Assembly (NCBI GenBank): GCA_946965045.2
Contig: OX337232.1
Span: 1,488,001 to 1,552,000 of the forward strand
From: Epithemia pelagica
Taxonomy: Eukaryota; Protista; Bacillariophyta
Length of the DNA: 64,000 nt
Reading direction: 5' to 3'
Positions 43,401 to 54,206 of this stretch are shown here, piece after piece. A program made the translations under genes and the position numbers. How positions within the stretch are numbered: the stretch's first letter is position 1; the number at the start of each line of letters is the position of its first letter. The notes under the pieces were generated by a model. It did not search any database. It saw only the letters and a list, made by a program, of their open reading frames with translations, and had not been told where the DNA came from.

Positions 43401-44398
43401 TAAGGAACCCCAATGATGGAGATCTCAAACCAGCTCCTTCTTTGTTTGGGTCGTCCAAAGGACAAGGTAAGTGCCAGTGTACACTGTTTGTTTGATTGTT
43501 GAGTCACTGTCCTTACCTGTGGTGGTTTATTGTCTTTTATGACCAGGTGTTGCTGCCAAGGTCACTCCTGAGTCTGTTGTCAGTGATGATGCTATGGTGA
43601 AGAAAAGGGCGGCAGGATCCATGCCATTACAGGAGACACTACAGGTACAACTACAACAAAAGAGGAAAAAGACAAATGAAGAAGACAGTGGTAATGACAT
43701 GATGAGGAATTGGGAGCCTCCTCATGTCTTGACACAGTGGGTCGACGACAAGAAACAGCGTCATTTGGTGATTTTGGTGGTGTTGCCTACAGGTATTGCA
43801 CATGAAGACACAACAAATTGCTTGATTGAAGTGGATCCAAGCCAGCTACAGGTACATGTGAAGGTAATTTGGCCTGACAACGCAACTCATATCCAGTATC
43901 TAACCCAACACATGCACAGAGAGTGGCATGTCGAGGAGAAAAACCTACGAATGAAACTTGCTTTGGAAGACGCCATGAATCAGATGCGAAAAAGAGAAAC
44001 AGACTTTGTCAGGTCAAAGTTTTCTCTGACTCTTCCTTTCATGGTCCAAAGCAGGTTCGACTACGAATTTATGTACGACACAACAAACGGATTCAGAGCG
44101 TTGTTGATTTCCCTACATGAGCCGGACGCCAAGTTTGAAGGTGGCATGAAACACAAGATGGTGCGTCTGTAAATAAATGTAGTATGATTTGGGGTGGTTG
44201 CAAAAACCGGGTGGTGGTGGGCCTAAATCTTTCTATTAGTTCTCTATTTGTCCATGTTCATAGTTTATGCTATAGTACATCGATTAAGCGTTCTGGTCGT
44301 GTTCCACTTTGTAGTCAGACTTTGCCTGGCATGACAGCGAGCTGCTCAGGATTACCCCAGCTCCCTGTCATTCACGACCAGGACTCACCCTCCGCTAA

Positions 44399-44434
44399 GG
44401 GGGTAGCTTCGGGGGGAGGGGCTGAGGGGGGGGG
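44399..44434 (+). other. Potential G-quadruplex
   Basis: G5-tagcttc-G6-a-G4-ctga-G9. Confidence 0.6.
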
Positions 44435-44548
44435 AGCGGTACCCTTTTCCTACTCATAACTCATAATCGTAATGCCCACACAACTTCCTCTCCTCATTCA
44501 AGCGCATTTGAGACAGAGGATTACACCAAAGTCCGTATCATCAAAACC

Positions 44549-45293
44549 ATGACAAATCCCACAGACCCAGACCTTGCTGAAACCACTGACATGCAGGTAT
44601 GTCGTTATATGATGAACATTGACTGACGTAGTGATCCTTTATCGTATTGGCTATCGGTATGGGTCTAAGACACCGAGATGGGAGCAAAAACTGCGCTTTG
44701 CTGCAGAACGTGACAGGAATTGGGAAGCGCCATGGCGGAAGAAAAGAGAACGGAACAAGAACGGAAACTGAAACTTTAACCGATTGCTGTGCAATGTCTT
44801 TTGTCTAGTTCTCACTTGTCACTTCCTCATCTTCACATTTGTGTAGGTGCAACTGAAAAAGTGCCTGGAGCACAACAAGCGAACCTGGACCGGTGTGTTC
44901 ACAGGAATCCCAGTCGCATCAAATGCTTTGGCATGTGCGCATCTCGCGGTAGCCCATGATCTTTCCAAGGCCTCCGAAAAGGCCGCGGAAGATCTTTCCA
45001 AGGCACATAAGGAGGCAGCCGAAACGGCCGCCAGAGAGGTTTCCAAGGCACATGTAGAAGCATCTGGAGAGGTTGCAAACTCGTTGGTGGAAGCTGCAAA
45101 ATCCGTCGCACTGGCCTATGTAGTGGCCACTGTCATCAACACAGCACCTTCGTGGGATGGCCTCATCCTTTTCTTTGTCGCAATTGGCTTGTTGTTCGTC
45201 AGTCGCTGGACGGCGGTCCTTCATTTCATAATCCCGCTGTGGGCTCGAACATATGGGTGGGAAGGGAACACGAACCACCTTGGAAGTTCCTGA
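44549..45293 (+). CDS. Possible small Ala/Glu/Lys-rich helical protein with a C-terminal hydrophobic segment; putative exons 44549-44596 and 44847-45293
   Basis: The ORF begins right after an AG acceptor at 44846. An upstream MTNPTDPDLAETTDMQ|GTATGT exon is phase-compatible. DLSKA repeats. Gene structure uncertain. Confidence 0.35.
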
Positions 45294-45917
45294 ATTGCGT
45301 CGGCTGGATTGGATACGGTCGACGCACACCTGTCCGCGCTTCTTGATTCATCCGTATGCCCTTACGCTTGGAACGTGATCGACCGAATTGGACTCTGTCG
45401 ACAAACATCCATTTTTGCGGCATATGAGACGATTCCTCTACTTTCTTGGAGCATGTCTTGAACACACGTCCCTGTAGGTAGAGTCTCATAAAATATAGCA
45501 TAGAGATTCAAACATGACCACAAAGAGGAACTTGCGTGCTACAGACATCCCGATATCTCGTGCACAACAAATTCCACCACTACGACATAGAATCCAAGCT
45601 CCTAGGATAAAGTTGGATCGGTTCCCAAGTTTTGCAAGTGATTTTCCATGCATCCAACGCAATGAAAGTAACCACCAAAAGGTAACGTTCCATCCCCGAA
45701 AATAAAAAGTCCTGAATGACGTCTCAATACCACTACTTGGTTTAGGCATCGTCTCATTGGATCTGTAGTACTTCCAGTGAAACATGTCCCGCCCACTCTG
45801 GAGAAGGAGGATGGACCAGTCAGATTTAGAACAAGATTTCCAGTCCCACTACCATGCGTCATTCCAATCAAACTGTGCGGTCGCTAGGTGTCCGAGACGT
45901 ACATACACCACCATCCC

Positions 45918-46178
45918 ATGACGATAACGAAGCCGAGAGGGCGTCATCATGCTAGTCGATACACTCCCGGCATGGTGGTGACAGTCTTGGTTGTTTTGCT
46001 TCTCGCGGGTCTCGTGGCCTATTTCGTGGGATGGATCATGGCTGCCCAAGGTTTGGTCTTTTGTATTGTATCCGCAGCTTTATCACCGCTCTTAACAGCC
46101 TTGTATGTCCTTTCCCAGAAACAAAAACAGCAACAACGACGACGACCAGCCCAAGAGACGGAGGAAGAAGCCAGTTGA
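45918..46178 (+). CDS. Possible small two-TM membrane protein or terminal exon
   Basis: Two hydrophobic helices followed by a QKQKQQQRRR tail; no recognisable homology. Confidence 0.3.
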   Translation: MTITKPRGRHHASRYTPGMVVTVLVVLLLAGLVAYFVGWIMAAQGLVFCIVSAALSPLLTALYVLSQKQKQQQRRRPAQETEEEAS

Positions 46179-46651
46179 CGACCCTTGCAGTATAAGGGCT
46201 GGGTAAGCCGATCCATGTTCGGCTAAGTAGGTTCAGTACAAAAGCTACGTAGCGTACATAAAATCCCATAGCACACGTCATACCTGAAATGGTGGGAAGT
46301 CCGAAAAAATGCAAAAACACTCCACGATGACGGCGAGATCCGTTGATGCCGCATGCATTTACCGATGCATCGCATCAACATCCTACTACTGTAAGTTGTT
46401 TGAGTTTGCTAGTATTACTGTGTTCTGCAGCTACAGAAGATTTGTCGCGTTGGATCAAAAGGTACGCTCATTTTTCTGCAGTGATGAAATCGAACGACCA
46501 CCCTAACTCACTCATTTTTCAATGCTGACTCGACCGAATTGAAAGCATAGTTGATCTAGTAGTAAATAATCTTATTGTCAAAGCGGTCGAGTCAAGCTCT
46601 ATTATCCATGAAGTTATTGCCATGGGGGTGATTTCTTCGACCATTGTCGAG

Positions 46652-46818
46652 TGAAAAGGGGATGAATTGGGAAAATTATGATAGAAGATTAACTAGTTCG
46701 TACGTTCCTAAAAGATGCAAGTAGTGCGTCAGTCCAAGTGTGAGGCTGGTTGGGCAAGGTGACGTAGGACCTTGTGAGTCAGCTTTAGGCTAGTCTCCAT
46801 TAGGTCGCACCCTTTTCA
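46652..46818 (-). repeat. 3' LTR (167 bp)
   Basis: TGAAAAGGG...CCCTTTTCA. Differs from the 5' LTR by one substitution and one 2-bp indel. Confidence 0.95.
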
Positions 46819-46827
46819 CTCCCTCTC
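46819..46827 (-). promoter_or_regulatory. Polypurine tract
   Basis: GAGAGGGAG directly abuts the 3' LTR on the minus strand. Confidence 0.85.
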
Positions 46828-46888
46828 AGCCGAACACGGATGAGATAATGGACTTTAAAGGTGTAAATTGTGAGAATAGATTTGGTGG

Positions 46889-49800
46889 TCACCATCCACA
46901 GAGGAGCTTCCGAATGTGCTCAAACGTGGATTGGGTGAGACCTTTGGTCAGAATGTCGGCGCGCTGTTGTGTCGTATCAACTTTGACGACTCGCAACCGA
47001 TCGCTTATATGTTGTCGAAACCAGTGCATCTTCACTGCGTAGTATTTCAACCGAGGTGTGATCCGTCCAGGTTCTAGGTTGGCCAAAGTCAAGGCTCCCA
47101 TGTTATCTTCCCAGACTGTCGTCTTAAATGTTGTTGTATATTCTTTGCTGAGCCCAACTCCTTCTGCAACGTGGGTCAACAGCTCTCGTAGTGGTAGGAC
47201 CGACTTCAACGACTCACTCAATGCGTTGTATTCGGCCTCCATCGTGCTCAAGGCAATTGAACTTTGTAATTTGCTTGTCCAGACCATGGGACAATTTGCC
47301 AAACAGATAGCAAATCCTGTGCGACTTTTCACACAGGTCGAATCCAATTTTTCTTCATAGGGCCACAAACCAGCGAAATTGGCGTCGACGAAACAGTCGA
47401 TGTCCAGATTCGTGGAGGGCTTAAGGATCAGTCCTTGATCTTGCGTGCGCTTAAGGTACTGTCCAATCTTTTCAACGGCTTGCTCATGTGACCTCTTTGG
47501 GCTAAAGGCAAAGCGTGCACATTGACTCACCGCATAGGTGATGTCGGGGCGACTGTGCGCTTGTAAATACTGAAGCATCCCAATCACACTTGCGTAGTTG
47601 TATCTACCTTGTGGGGGATCTCCATTCTTGTCTTCTACAAGGGGCTTAGATAAAGCTGGGGTACAGCTTCGGTCCAAGTCACCAACTTGTAAGGCAGTTA
47701 GAATTCTCTTAATCAGACCTTGTTGGGTCAATTTGATTGTTCCTTGGGTCTCGTCACGTTCGATATGGACGCCCAAGAATCCAGCCACGCTGTCTTCAAC
47801 ATCGAGCTCAGCGTTCTCTTGTTTCTTGAGTTTATCAAGTACTTCATCGATGTACTCTCTTTTGGGACTGTAAAATAGCGTGTCGTCGACATAGACTACC
47901 GCTATTACCTTGTCTGAAATAAATAGGCAGGGATCAACCGAGTCCTGGGCAACAAAGCCGACTCGTTCCAACTGCCCTTTGAAATGTTGGAAGAAATTCC
48001 GTGGGGCTTGTTTCAGCCCGTACAGTGATCGTTGTAGTTTTAGTACCTTTCCGTCTTGTCCAAATCCTCTGGGCATCTCGACGTAGACACCGCTTCTTTC
48101 ACGCTCTTGACGTGTCATCGAGTCCCATTTGGGATCACGATCAATTGGGGCGTGAAGGAATGCCGCGGTGTAGTCTACCTGCACTGTGGCGAGGTTTAGG
48201 ATAATAGATAGGATGAGCATCAAGCGGACTGTGGTCCAGTTTACCACTGGGGCAAAGGTATCGAAGAAGTCCACTCCTTCCACTTGAAAGTCTCCTCGAG
48301 CGCAAAATCTTGCTTTCAGTTTCTTGACAGAGCCGTCAGGGAATCGCTTCCTTTTGAAGGCCCATGTAGATGGGATTACGTTCATCCAAGGTTGGCGATC
48401 GACGACTATCCAAGCCTTCATGAGGCGGAATAGCGTGTCTATTTCCTTTTTACATGCCTCCATGAAGCCAGCGGCATCTGGACCGCTCATGGCTTCATTC
48501 CATCTGGGGTTATCCGCTGCATCGGCCTTGGTGATCAGTACCATTGGATGCATAGCCTCGACAGTTCCTGTCTTAGGGTTGGTGTTCATGTCCATCATGC
48601 GACTCATCAGCGTTGACTGTGTGGATTTGAGGTCACGGATGGTTGAATTCCAGTCAAGTCCTGCCAGGAATGAATCGTTTAAGCAGTCACGCTTTACCTT
48701 TAGTCGCGCATAATCATCGTGACCAAAGAGCGCGTGCTCCTGCCAACGTTCACGCGAATACGAGGCGTACTTGGGATTAGGTTTGCGTGCGCGCTTTCCA
48801 CGACCAAAGTGCATCTCGTCCGGCTGTTCCAAATGTTGCGCACGTCTTGACTTCTCTTGTGCGCGAACTGGGTCTTCCTCATCCTGTTCCTCGTGCTCAA
48901 AGATTACAATTTTGTCTCCAGAGTCGATGGTGGAGTTGTTGGGACCGTCCTACATTCCATCCACCACCAAAGGTTGAATCAAGTCATCTGGAGGAGCGGC
49001 TGGTGGATTTGGCTCCACGTTATCCAAAGGAAAAAGGTGAGGGAAAATGGGGTCTCCATCCAGTTGAATCTCACTGTCGTCATCTCCCTCTGGAGCCAAG
49101 GGCACCAGAGCTCCCTCTGGAGCAGCAGCTCCCTCTGGAACAGGGATGGGTGGAGAAGGAGGCAAAGGTAAGGGATTGATCCGAGCTGCGTCGTTTTGTT
49201 GATGGCGAAGAGCATCGGCTTCCTCAGGGGTCAGCCAGTCGTGGTGAAGGGGTGGTGGCTGAGGCTGTTCGTCGTCAAAATCGCCATCGTCAATCCGCTC
49301 CAGACCAGAGGCCACAAGATGGTCCCAAAAGGACCCTGTGAACATGTCTTCTTGTAGGACACCGCCAGTTTCGGCGTTAGGGACACTTGAAAAGAGGTCG
49401 TCGTAGACGACGTGATATTGCGGACTCACATAGCCGGTAGAAATATTGAGAATTAAGCCCACCGTGCTAGAATGGTCGGGAGAGACTCCGAGATATTGCC
49501 CTCGACGGGCACGAGGCGACCACTTGGGAAGTTTCTTCCCGTCTTGGATCTTAGGGTCCAAAACGTACACTGGGCAACCCCAAACATGGCTCCTATGTAG
49601 ATGGGCCAAGGTAGGGAAAACTGTTCCGGTAAATAATTCCAGCGGGGCAATAAAGGAACCTCGCTTGGGAAGATTATTCCACAACCAGATAGCATGATTG
49701 AGAGCGAAGGGCCATAGACTTAGGTCATGGGCGTGCTCCGGCCAATGCAATACTGCGTGCAACATCATAGTACGGGCCCAAGAGGTTACCGTACGGACGC

Positions 49801-51752
49801 CACGCTCGGCCACACCATTTTGGTGATGGGCCCCCACACCAGAAAACGACAGGGACTGACCAGCATGTTTCACTGCGTCCACAAACTTGGTATTGCCAAA
49901 AGGGGCATTATCCGCCAGATACGACTTGACTGTAACTCCATGGTCCTGTGCAAACCATTCGAATTGAAGTTTGGCTTCGATGGTTTCACCAGTGTTTAGG
50001 GAGACTTGATGTACACAATGCATCAATCCTGTAGCATGATCTATAAACAATGTACCGCCAGTGTACTGATCTTTCTTGGGTTCCTTTCCTCTGGTGTGAG
50101 GGAGACGGCCAGTTAGCGTCGAGTCATACTGGTCAAGGCTAACGCAGTCACCTGGTCGAAGATTCTCTGACCGAGTGACCATGTGACGACCATCCTTTGT
50201 GTTCGTATGTTGGGTATTAGCACCACAACGCCTCTGTTTGCCCAATTGACAAGCTGTGCAGCGCAAACCATTGACAGGACAACTTGACACTTGTCGATGC
50301 TTCGTGTGGAGAATTCGACGTCGATCCGTTTTAGGATCGCGACACAAATCCTGGATCCATTCAAAATTAGCGTGACCTAACTTCCAGTGCCAGGTCAATA
50401 GCTCTCTCTGCGCCTGGGTGACATTCTGATTTGTTTCATCCGCCACTGACATAAGACCACGACAATCAAACTCTTTGGATAAGGCCATGACGTCTTCGAA
50501 GGCAAGGCCCATCTTGGTTTGCCGTCCAGAGAGCATCAAAGGGAGGTTACTGTTGGGATGAAAGGGGAACTCCAGTTCGCTCCCATCGTGAAGAGTCAAT
50601 CGAGAAACGAAAGGCATTTACCAACAATTCGCCTTTTGCTTGCTCTTGGAAGTAGGTTTGGGGGCTAAACAGGCGTATCTGCGCCTCTGGAACGTAGTAG
50701 GCCCGTGTTCGGATGGTTCGGACCACACCAAACACGTCCCTTAACGTCCAGGCAGCCATTCCTACTCCAACCACGGCTGTTGTGCTGGATAAACCATTCA
50801 GCTCAGTGGTCTCACACTCTTTGAGTGGTCCATCAAAGTCTTCTAGTCGAGGAGTCAACGATGTGGATGCTCCTGTATCGATCACCACGGGCAGGTCTGC
50901 ATCGTCTGCTGCATTGAGATAGACAGACATGCGATGCTGCAATGCTGGTGGCAACAAGGACTCAGGATCAGTTCGAGGAGGCAATTTTCCGGTTAACTTG
51001 GCAGCGGCAATCATTGCTTGCTGCATTCGTTGCTTGGGTGACCGAGATCTTGAGAATGTGGAGCCACTCAATGCTCGAATGGCACAAAACTGGGCCAATG
51101 GATCCGGCCCCTTGCTCAGCCATGGCTTCCAAATTGCAGACTGAAGCTCCTCAGCTGACCCAAACCAACGAGATAGTCGCTCTGATGTTGGATCTAGAGG
51201 CGGCTCGTCTTGTATTGTCCATGTTGTAGGGACATAGATGCCTTGGTAGTTGAAATCATAGGTGTCATGCGTAGTTTTCTTTGGTCTGGTAGTTTTCTTG
51301 TGTCGCCTTTGCGCTCGTTTCTTGTCTCGCCTCGCGCGTCTTCGGACAGAGGGCACTCGGGCCTTAGTAAAAGGGGTCCGTTGACAGTCAATCGTACCAG
51401 CCCATGTAACCGTTGAATCCGTTGTGCAGTCAAAGGCCATTATATTAGTAGTAAACCGGCGTCGCACGTGATAAATTCGAGTCTTGTAACGCCGTCGTCG
51501 TCGTTGCATCTGGTTGGGACCAAAGGTGGCATAAGGGAACGAAGAATAGCCACCACGCGGACCTCCCTCTCGCAACCAGATTGCGACGAAAGATAGGGCC
51601 CAGGGCATCATTGAACAGAAATGCAAGGACAAAAACACGCTCAGAAAAACACAAAGCAACAACCAAACTAAATCAACCCAGGTATCCCTCCTGGGAGATG
51701 AGGTTATCGGGAAAAAGAGGCCTACATCGACAGGACGTCGACGGCCACACCA
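46889..51752 (-). pseudogene. pol: Copia pol (protease, integrase, RT, RNase H) with a +1 frameshift near 50615 and an in-frame TAG at 48950-48952
   Basis: Protease VIDTGAS; integrase HWKLGH..CTAC, SLDQ, ADNA and QNGVAER; RT LYGLKQAP and YVDD; RNase H EAEY, WEDN and ADILTK. Confidence 0.9.
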
Positions 51753-53321
51753 TCAAGAGAGGTTTTGCACCTGGGTCATCAAAGACTCCAGGGTGCGTTC
51801 AATTACGCGACGAGATTGGGCATTCGTCGTTCCTGTGGTTCCAGTGGAAGCAACATTGGCAGTAGCGCCAGCAATTTGCACTTGAGTGGTCCTATCGGTT
51901 GGAGTGGTGTCGCCATCAGTCGCGACATTCCCTTGAGTCTTGTTCCAACGCTTGGAAGAGGCATCCCAGTACATGGTCTTGCCATCAATGACTCGCTTGC
52001 CGTTCTCTTCAGACGAAGGGGGACGCCATTTGTTGGAGGTGCGAGAACGATCACCCGATCCATTCTTGCGAGCTTTCTTCTTGGCATTGTACTTCTGGCG
52101 GTTGGCTTCGATCAAGGCTTCATTTTTGGGCTTGGGACAATCCTTGATCGTATGCTCGCCACCGCAGTTCCAACAGACGGGCTTCCACTTGCGGCCACCA
52201 GAATCGGTCTTGGTACCACCAGCTGTGAAGGTCGAGGGACTTCCTCTTGTCTTGATGCCCGTCCAGTCGTTGGAACGGCACAATGAGAGGTACTCTTGTT
52301 CGGCTAGATCCAACAAGGCTTCAACAGAAGGGATCTCGAATTGAGCTTGGGTAGAGGGTGTAGATCGTGACAGAGCACCGGCGATTCGTGCTTGACTCTC
52401 GATTAGTTCAAAGACTTTGTTGAACTGATCCACAGAACTAGTCTGTAGAACTTTTAGAACAGTTTTAGAGAAGTCGTCGGGGACATTCGCAATAGCTTCC
52501 AATCGCTCGTGTGCGCCAAGGATAAGGCTCACAATTTTCGAGACGTTCTCACCGCGAACTTTAGAGATCTTAAGATTCTCAACAGTGTCTACTAGCGTCT
52601 TCGTAGCTTGTTCCGTGTGGGTAACAAGTAGTTTCATCATGATGACGAAAAGTAAGGGACCTCCTTGTTGCTCGGTCTTATACCGTTTATACCGTTCATA
52701 GACTTTCGTCCAAAGGGCATTTTTCATGCTTGCTTCAAGTTGCTTCGCCGTGAGCATCAAATTTTCACGATACCAGGACTTTCTTGGCCAAGTTGAGTAC
52801 CACTCATTACTGGCAGCAACGTCTTCTTCAGAAAGCTCTCCATAGTACGTATATAAGTCTTTCGGAGGAGCGTCTGTCTTAAGGTTTGGTCCTGTACCAT
52901 CGGGTGTAACAATCGTGAACACGTCGTGCATATCATAGATGATATGTTGACTCTTAAGACGGGAAACCATCAAGTTAAGATTATAACACTCTTCCAGCTG
53001 TTTCACGTCTGTGATTTTGGCTGAGAGCAGATCGAATTTGGCAGGGGTCGAAGCGGCAGCCTTCGAGAACAGTTCTTGGCGCTTCTCTGCGCCCATTCCT
53101 TCACGGTCTTCTTTCTTGAACAGGGCTGTTTCCACATCTTGGGACGGAGTGGCACTGGTATTCACTTCAACCTCTTCTCCGTATATAACGACCTTAGTAC
53201 TCATTGTTTCAATACTACTTAAGCTTGATTCGTCAGAGGACCAGCCTGGTATTCTTGAAGAGTCAGAGTCTTCTTTGTTAGCAGCTGCTCCGAGTCTGAG
53301 GAAGTCAGCTATCGTTTCCAT
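51753..53321 (-). CDS. gag: Copia gag with CCHC zinc knuckle
   Basis: 522-aa ORF from ATG 53321 containing CWNCGGEHTIKDC. Confidence 0.9.
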   Translation of the reverse strand: METIADFLRLGAAANKEDSDSSRIPGWSSDESSLSSIETMSTKVVIYGEEVEVNTSATPSQDVETALFKKEDREGMGAEKRQELFSKAAASTPAKFDLLSAKITDVKQLEECYNLNLMVSRLKSQHIIYDMHDVFTIVTPDGTGPNLKTDAPPKDLYTYYGELSEEDVAASNEWYSTWPRKSWYRENLMLTAKQLEASMKNALWTKVYERYKRYKTEQQGGPLLFVIMMKLLVTHTEQATKTLVDTVENLKISKVRGENVSKIVSLILGAHERLEAIANVPDDFSKTVLKVLQTSSVDQFNKVFELIESQARIAGALSRSTPSTQAQFEIPSVEALLDLAEQEYLSLCRSNDWTGIKTRGSPSTFTAGGTKTDSGGRKWKPVCWNCGGEHTIKDCPKPKNEALIEANRQKYNAKKKARKNGSGDRSRTSNKWRPPSSEENGKRVIDGKTMYWDASSKRWNKTQGNVATDGDTTPTDRTTQVQIAGATANVASTGTTGTTNAQSRRVIERTLESLMTQVQNLS

Positions 53322-53500
53322 TCACTGGAAAATCGCAACGAAACCACCTGGTTCTTGCTTCTTCGATGCAACACTGGCTATCGAAACTGGTAGGTCTTGG
53401 ACTTCAACGGCCGTTCAGACGGATTTCCTCAGCGTCGAACGCTTGAACTGGTCCACCGAAATCGTTATGGTCTTCTCGCAACAGGCTTTATTGCGTGATA

Positions 53501-53515
53501 CTTGGGCTCATAACC
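53501..53515 (-). promoter_or_regulatory. Primer-binding site complementary to the anticodon stem-loop of initiator tRNA-Met
   Basis: GGTTATGAGCCCA directly follows the 5' LTR. Confidence 0.85.
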
Positions 53516-53684
53516 TGAAAAGGGGATGAATTGGGAAAATTATGATAGAAGATTAACTAGTTCGTACGTTCCTAAAAGATATGCAAGTAGTGCGTCAGTC
53601 CAAGTGTGAGGCTGGTTGGGCAAGGTGACGTAGGACCTTGTGAGTCAGCTCTAGGCTAGTCTCCATTAGGTCGCACCCTTTTCA
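53516..53684 (-). repeat. 5' LTR (169 bp)
   Basis: Near-identical to 46652-46818. Confidence 0.95.
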
Positions 53685-54206
53685 TCGAGTGATGGTTTCC
53701 GGATTGCATTGTTTCTCGTGGCAGCAAGTTTTCGATTTGTGACCATTCGCCCCACTTGTTACAGTGATGAAAATAGTACTACGTAGCTTAATGTACTGAG
53801 CCTACTTAGCCGAACATGGATCGGCTTACCCAGCCCTTACGACTTGGGAATCCTTCAACGACGGTTCACTACCGCACGATTTCGGGTATGGATGCCCCAG
53901 TCAATTGTTGGAGTCTGCAAGACAATGACAACCCCTTTGATGTCTCTCTTTGCGCAATACCATGCATTTGTTAGATTTTGCAGATCAATCCAGGGTGAAC
54001 AGACGTTTGCCGCTTGTTTCAATGTAACAATGAGCAAGATACTGCCATGTATACAAGCGTTTTACTTGCTAGTTTTCATGTAAGCAATCAACTTTATATC
54101 TTCAATTATTCTTGACTCTTTCAGGGCTTAAACTCGTCATCACAAATGCTAGTCACGTGTTGATTCATGGGCGAAATACTCTTGTGTATGTAGTTGTATC
54201 ATAAGT

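Larger units (their letters stand above)
40301..44172 (+). pseudogene. Harbinger accessory (DNA-binding) gene, disrupted by a 1-nt frameshift at the A8 run (40502-40509) and by the hAT insertion
   Basis: Adding one A, removing the hAT plus one TSD copy and splicing GT-AG 43467-43546 gives one ORF: ...NKAKKKYQVHL...MGGKVRNPNDGD...KGQGVAAK...MVKKR... to TAA 44172. Confidence 0.75.
38425..44364. mobile_element. PIF/Harbinger-type DNA transposon with two divergent genes, carrying a nested hAT
   Basis: TIR GGAG(A/C)TGGGGTAATCCTGAGCAG(G/C)TCGCT at both ends, with weaker similarity continuing to about 90 bp. Identical CTG at 38422-38424 and 44365-44367 fits a CWG-type 3-bp TSD. Confidence 0.85.
46652..53684 (-). 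mobile_element. Ty1/Copia (CoDi-like) LTR retrotransposon, full length, pol disrupted
   Basis: TG...CA LTRs; 5-bp TSD TCGAG at 46647-46651 and 53685-53689; domain order gag-PR-IN-RT-RH. Confidence 0.97.
46193..53839. mobile_element. Non-autonomous TIR element (MITE-like, about 0.6 kb without the insert) hosting the Copia insertion
   Basis: About 60-bp inverted repeats (TAA)GGGCTGGGTAAGCCGATCCATGTTCGGCTAAGTAGG.. at 46193-46252 and 53779-53839. No clean TSD identified. Confidence 0.8.

Noticed and set aside
45300-45880. Several short overlapping ORFs in the TE island
   Set aside because: No recognisable motifs, multiple stops in the most protein-like frame and no terminal repeats.
46193-46195. 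TAA/TTA flanks as the TSD of the MITE-like element
   Set aside because: They are reverse complements rather than a direct repeat, so they may belong to the TIR. The TSD is left uncalled.
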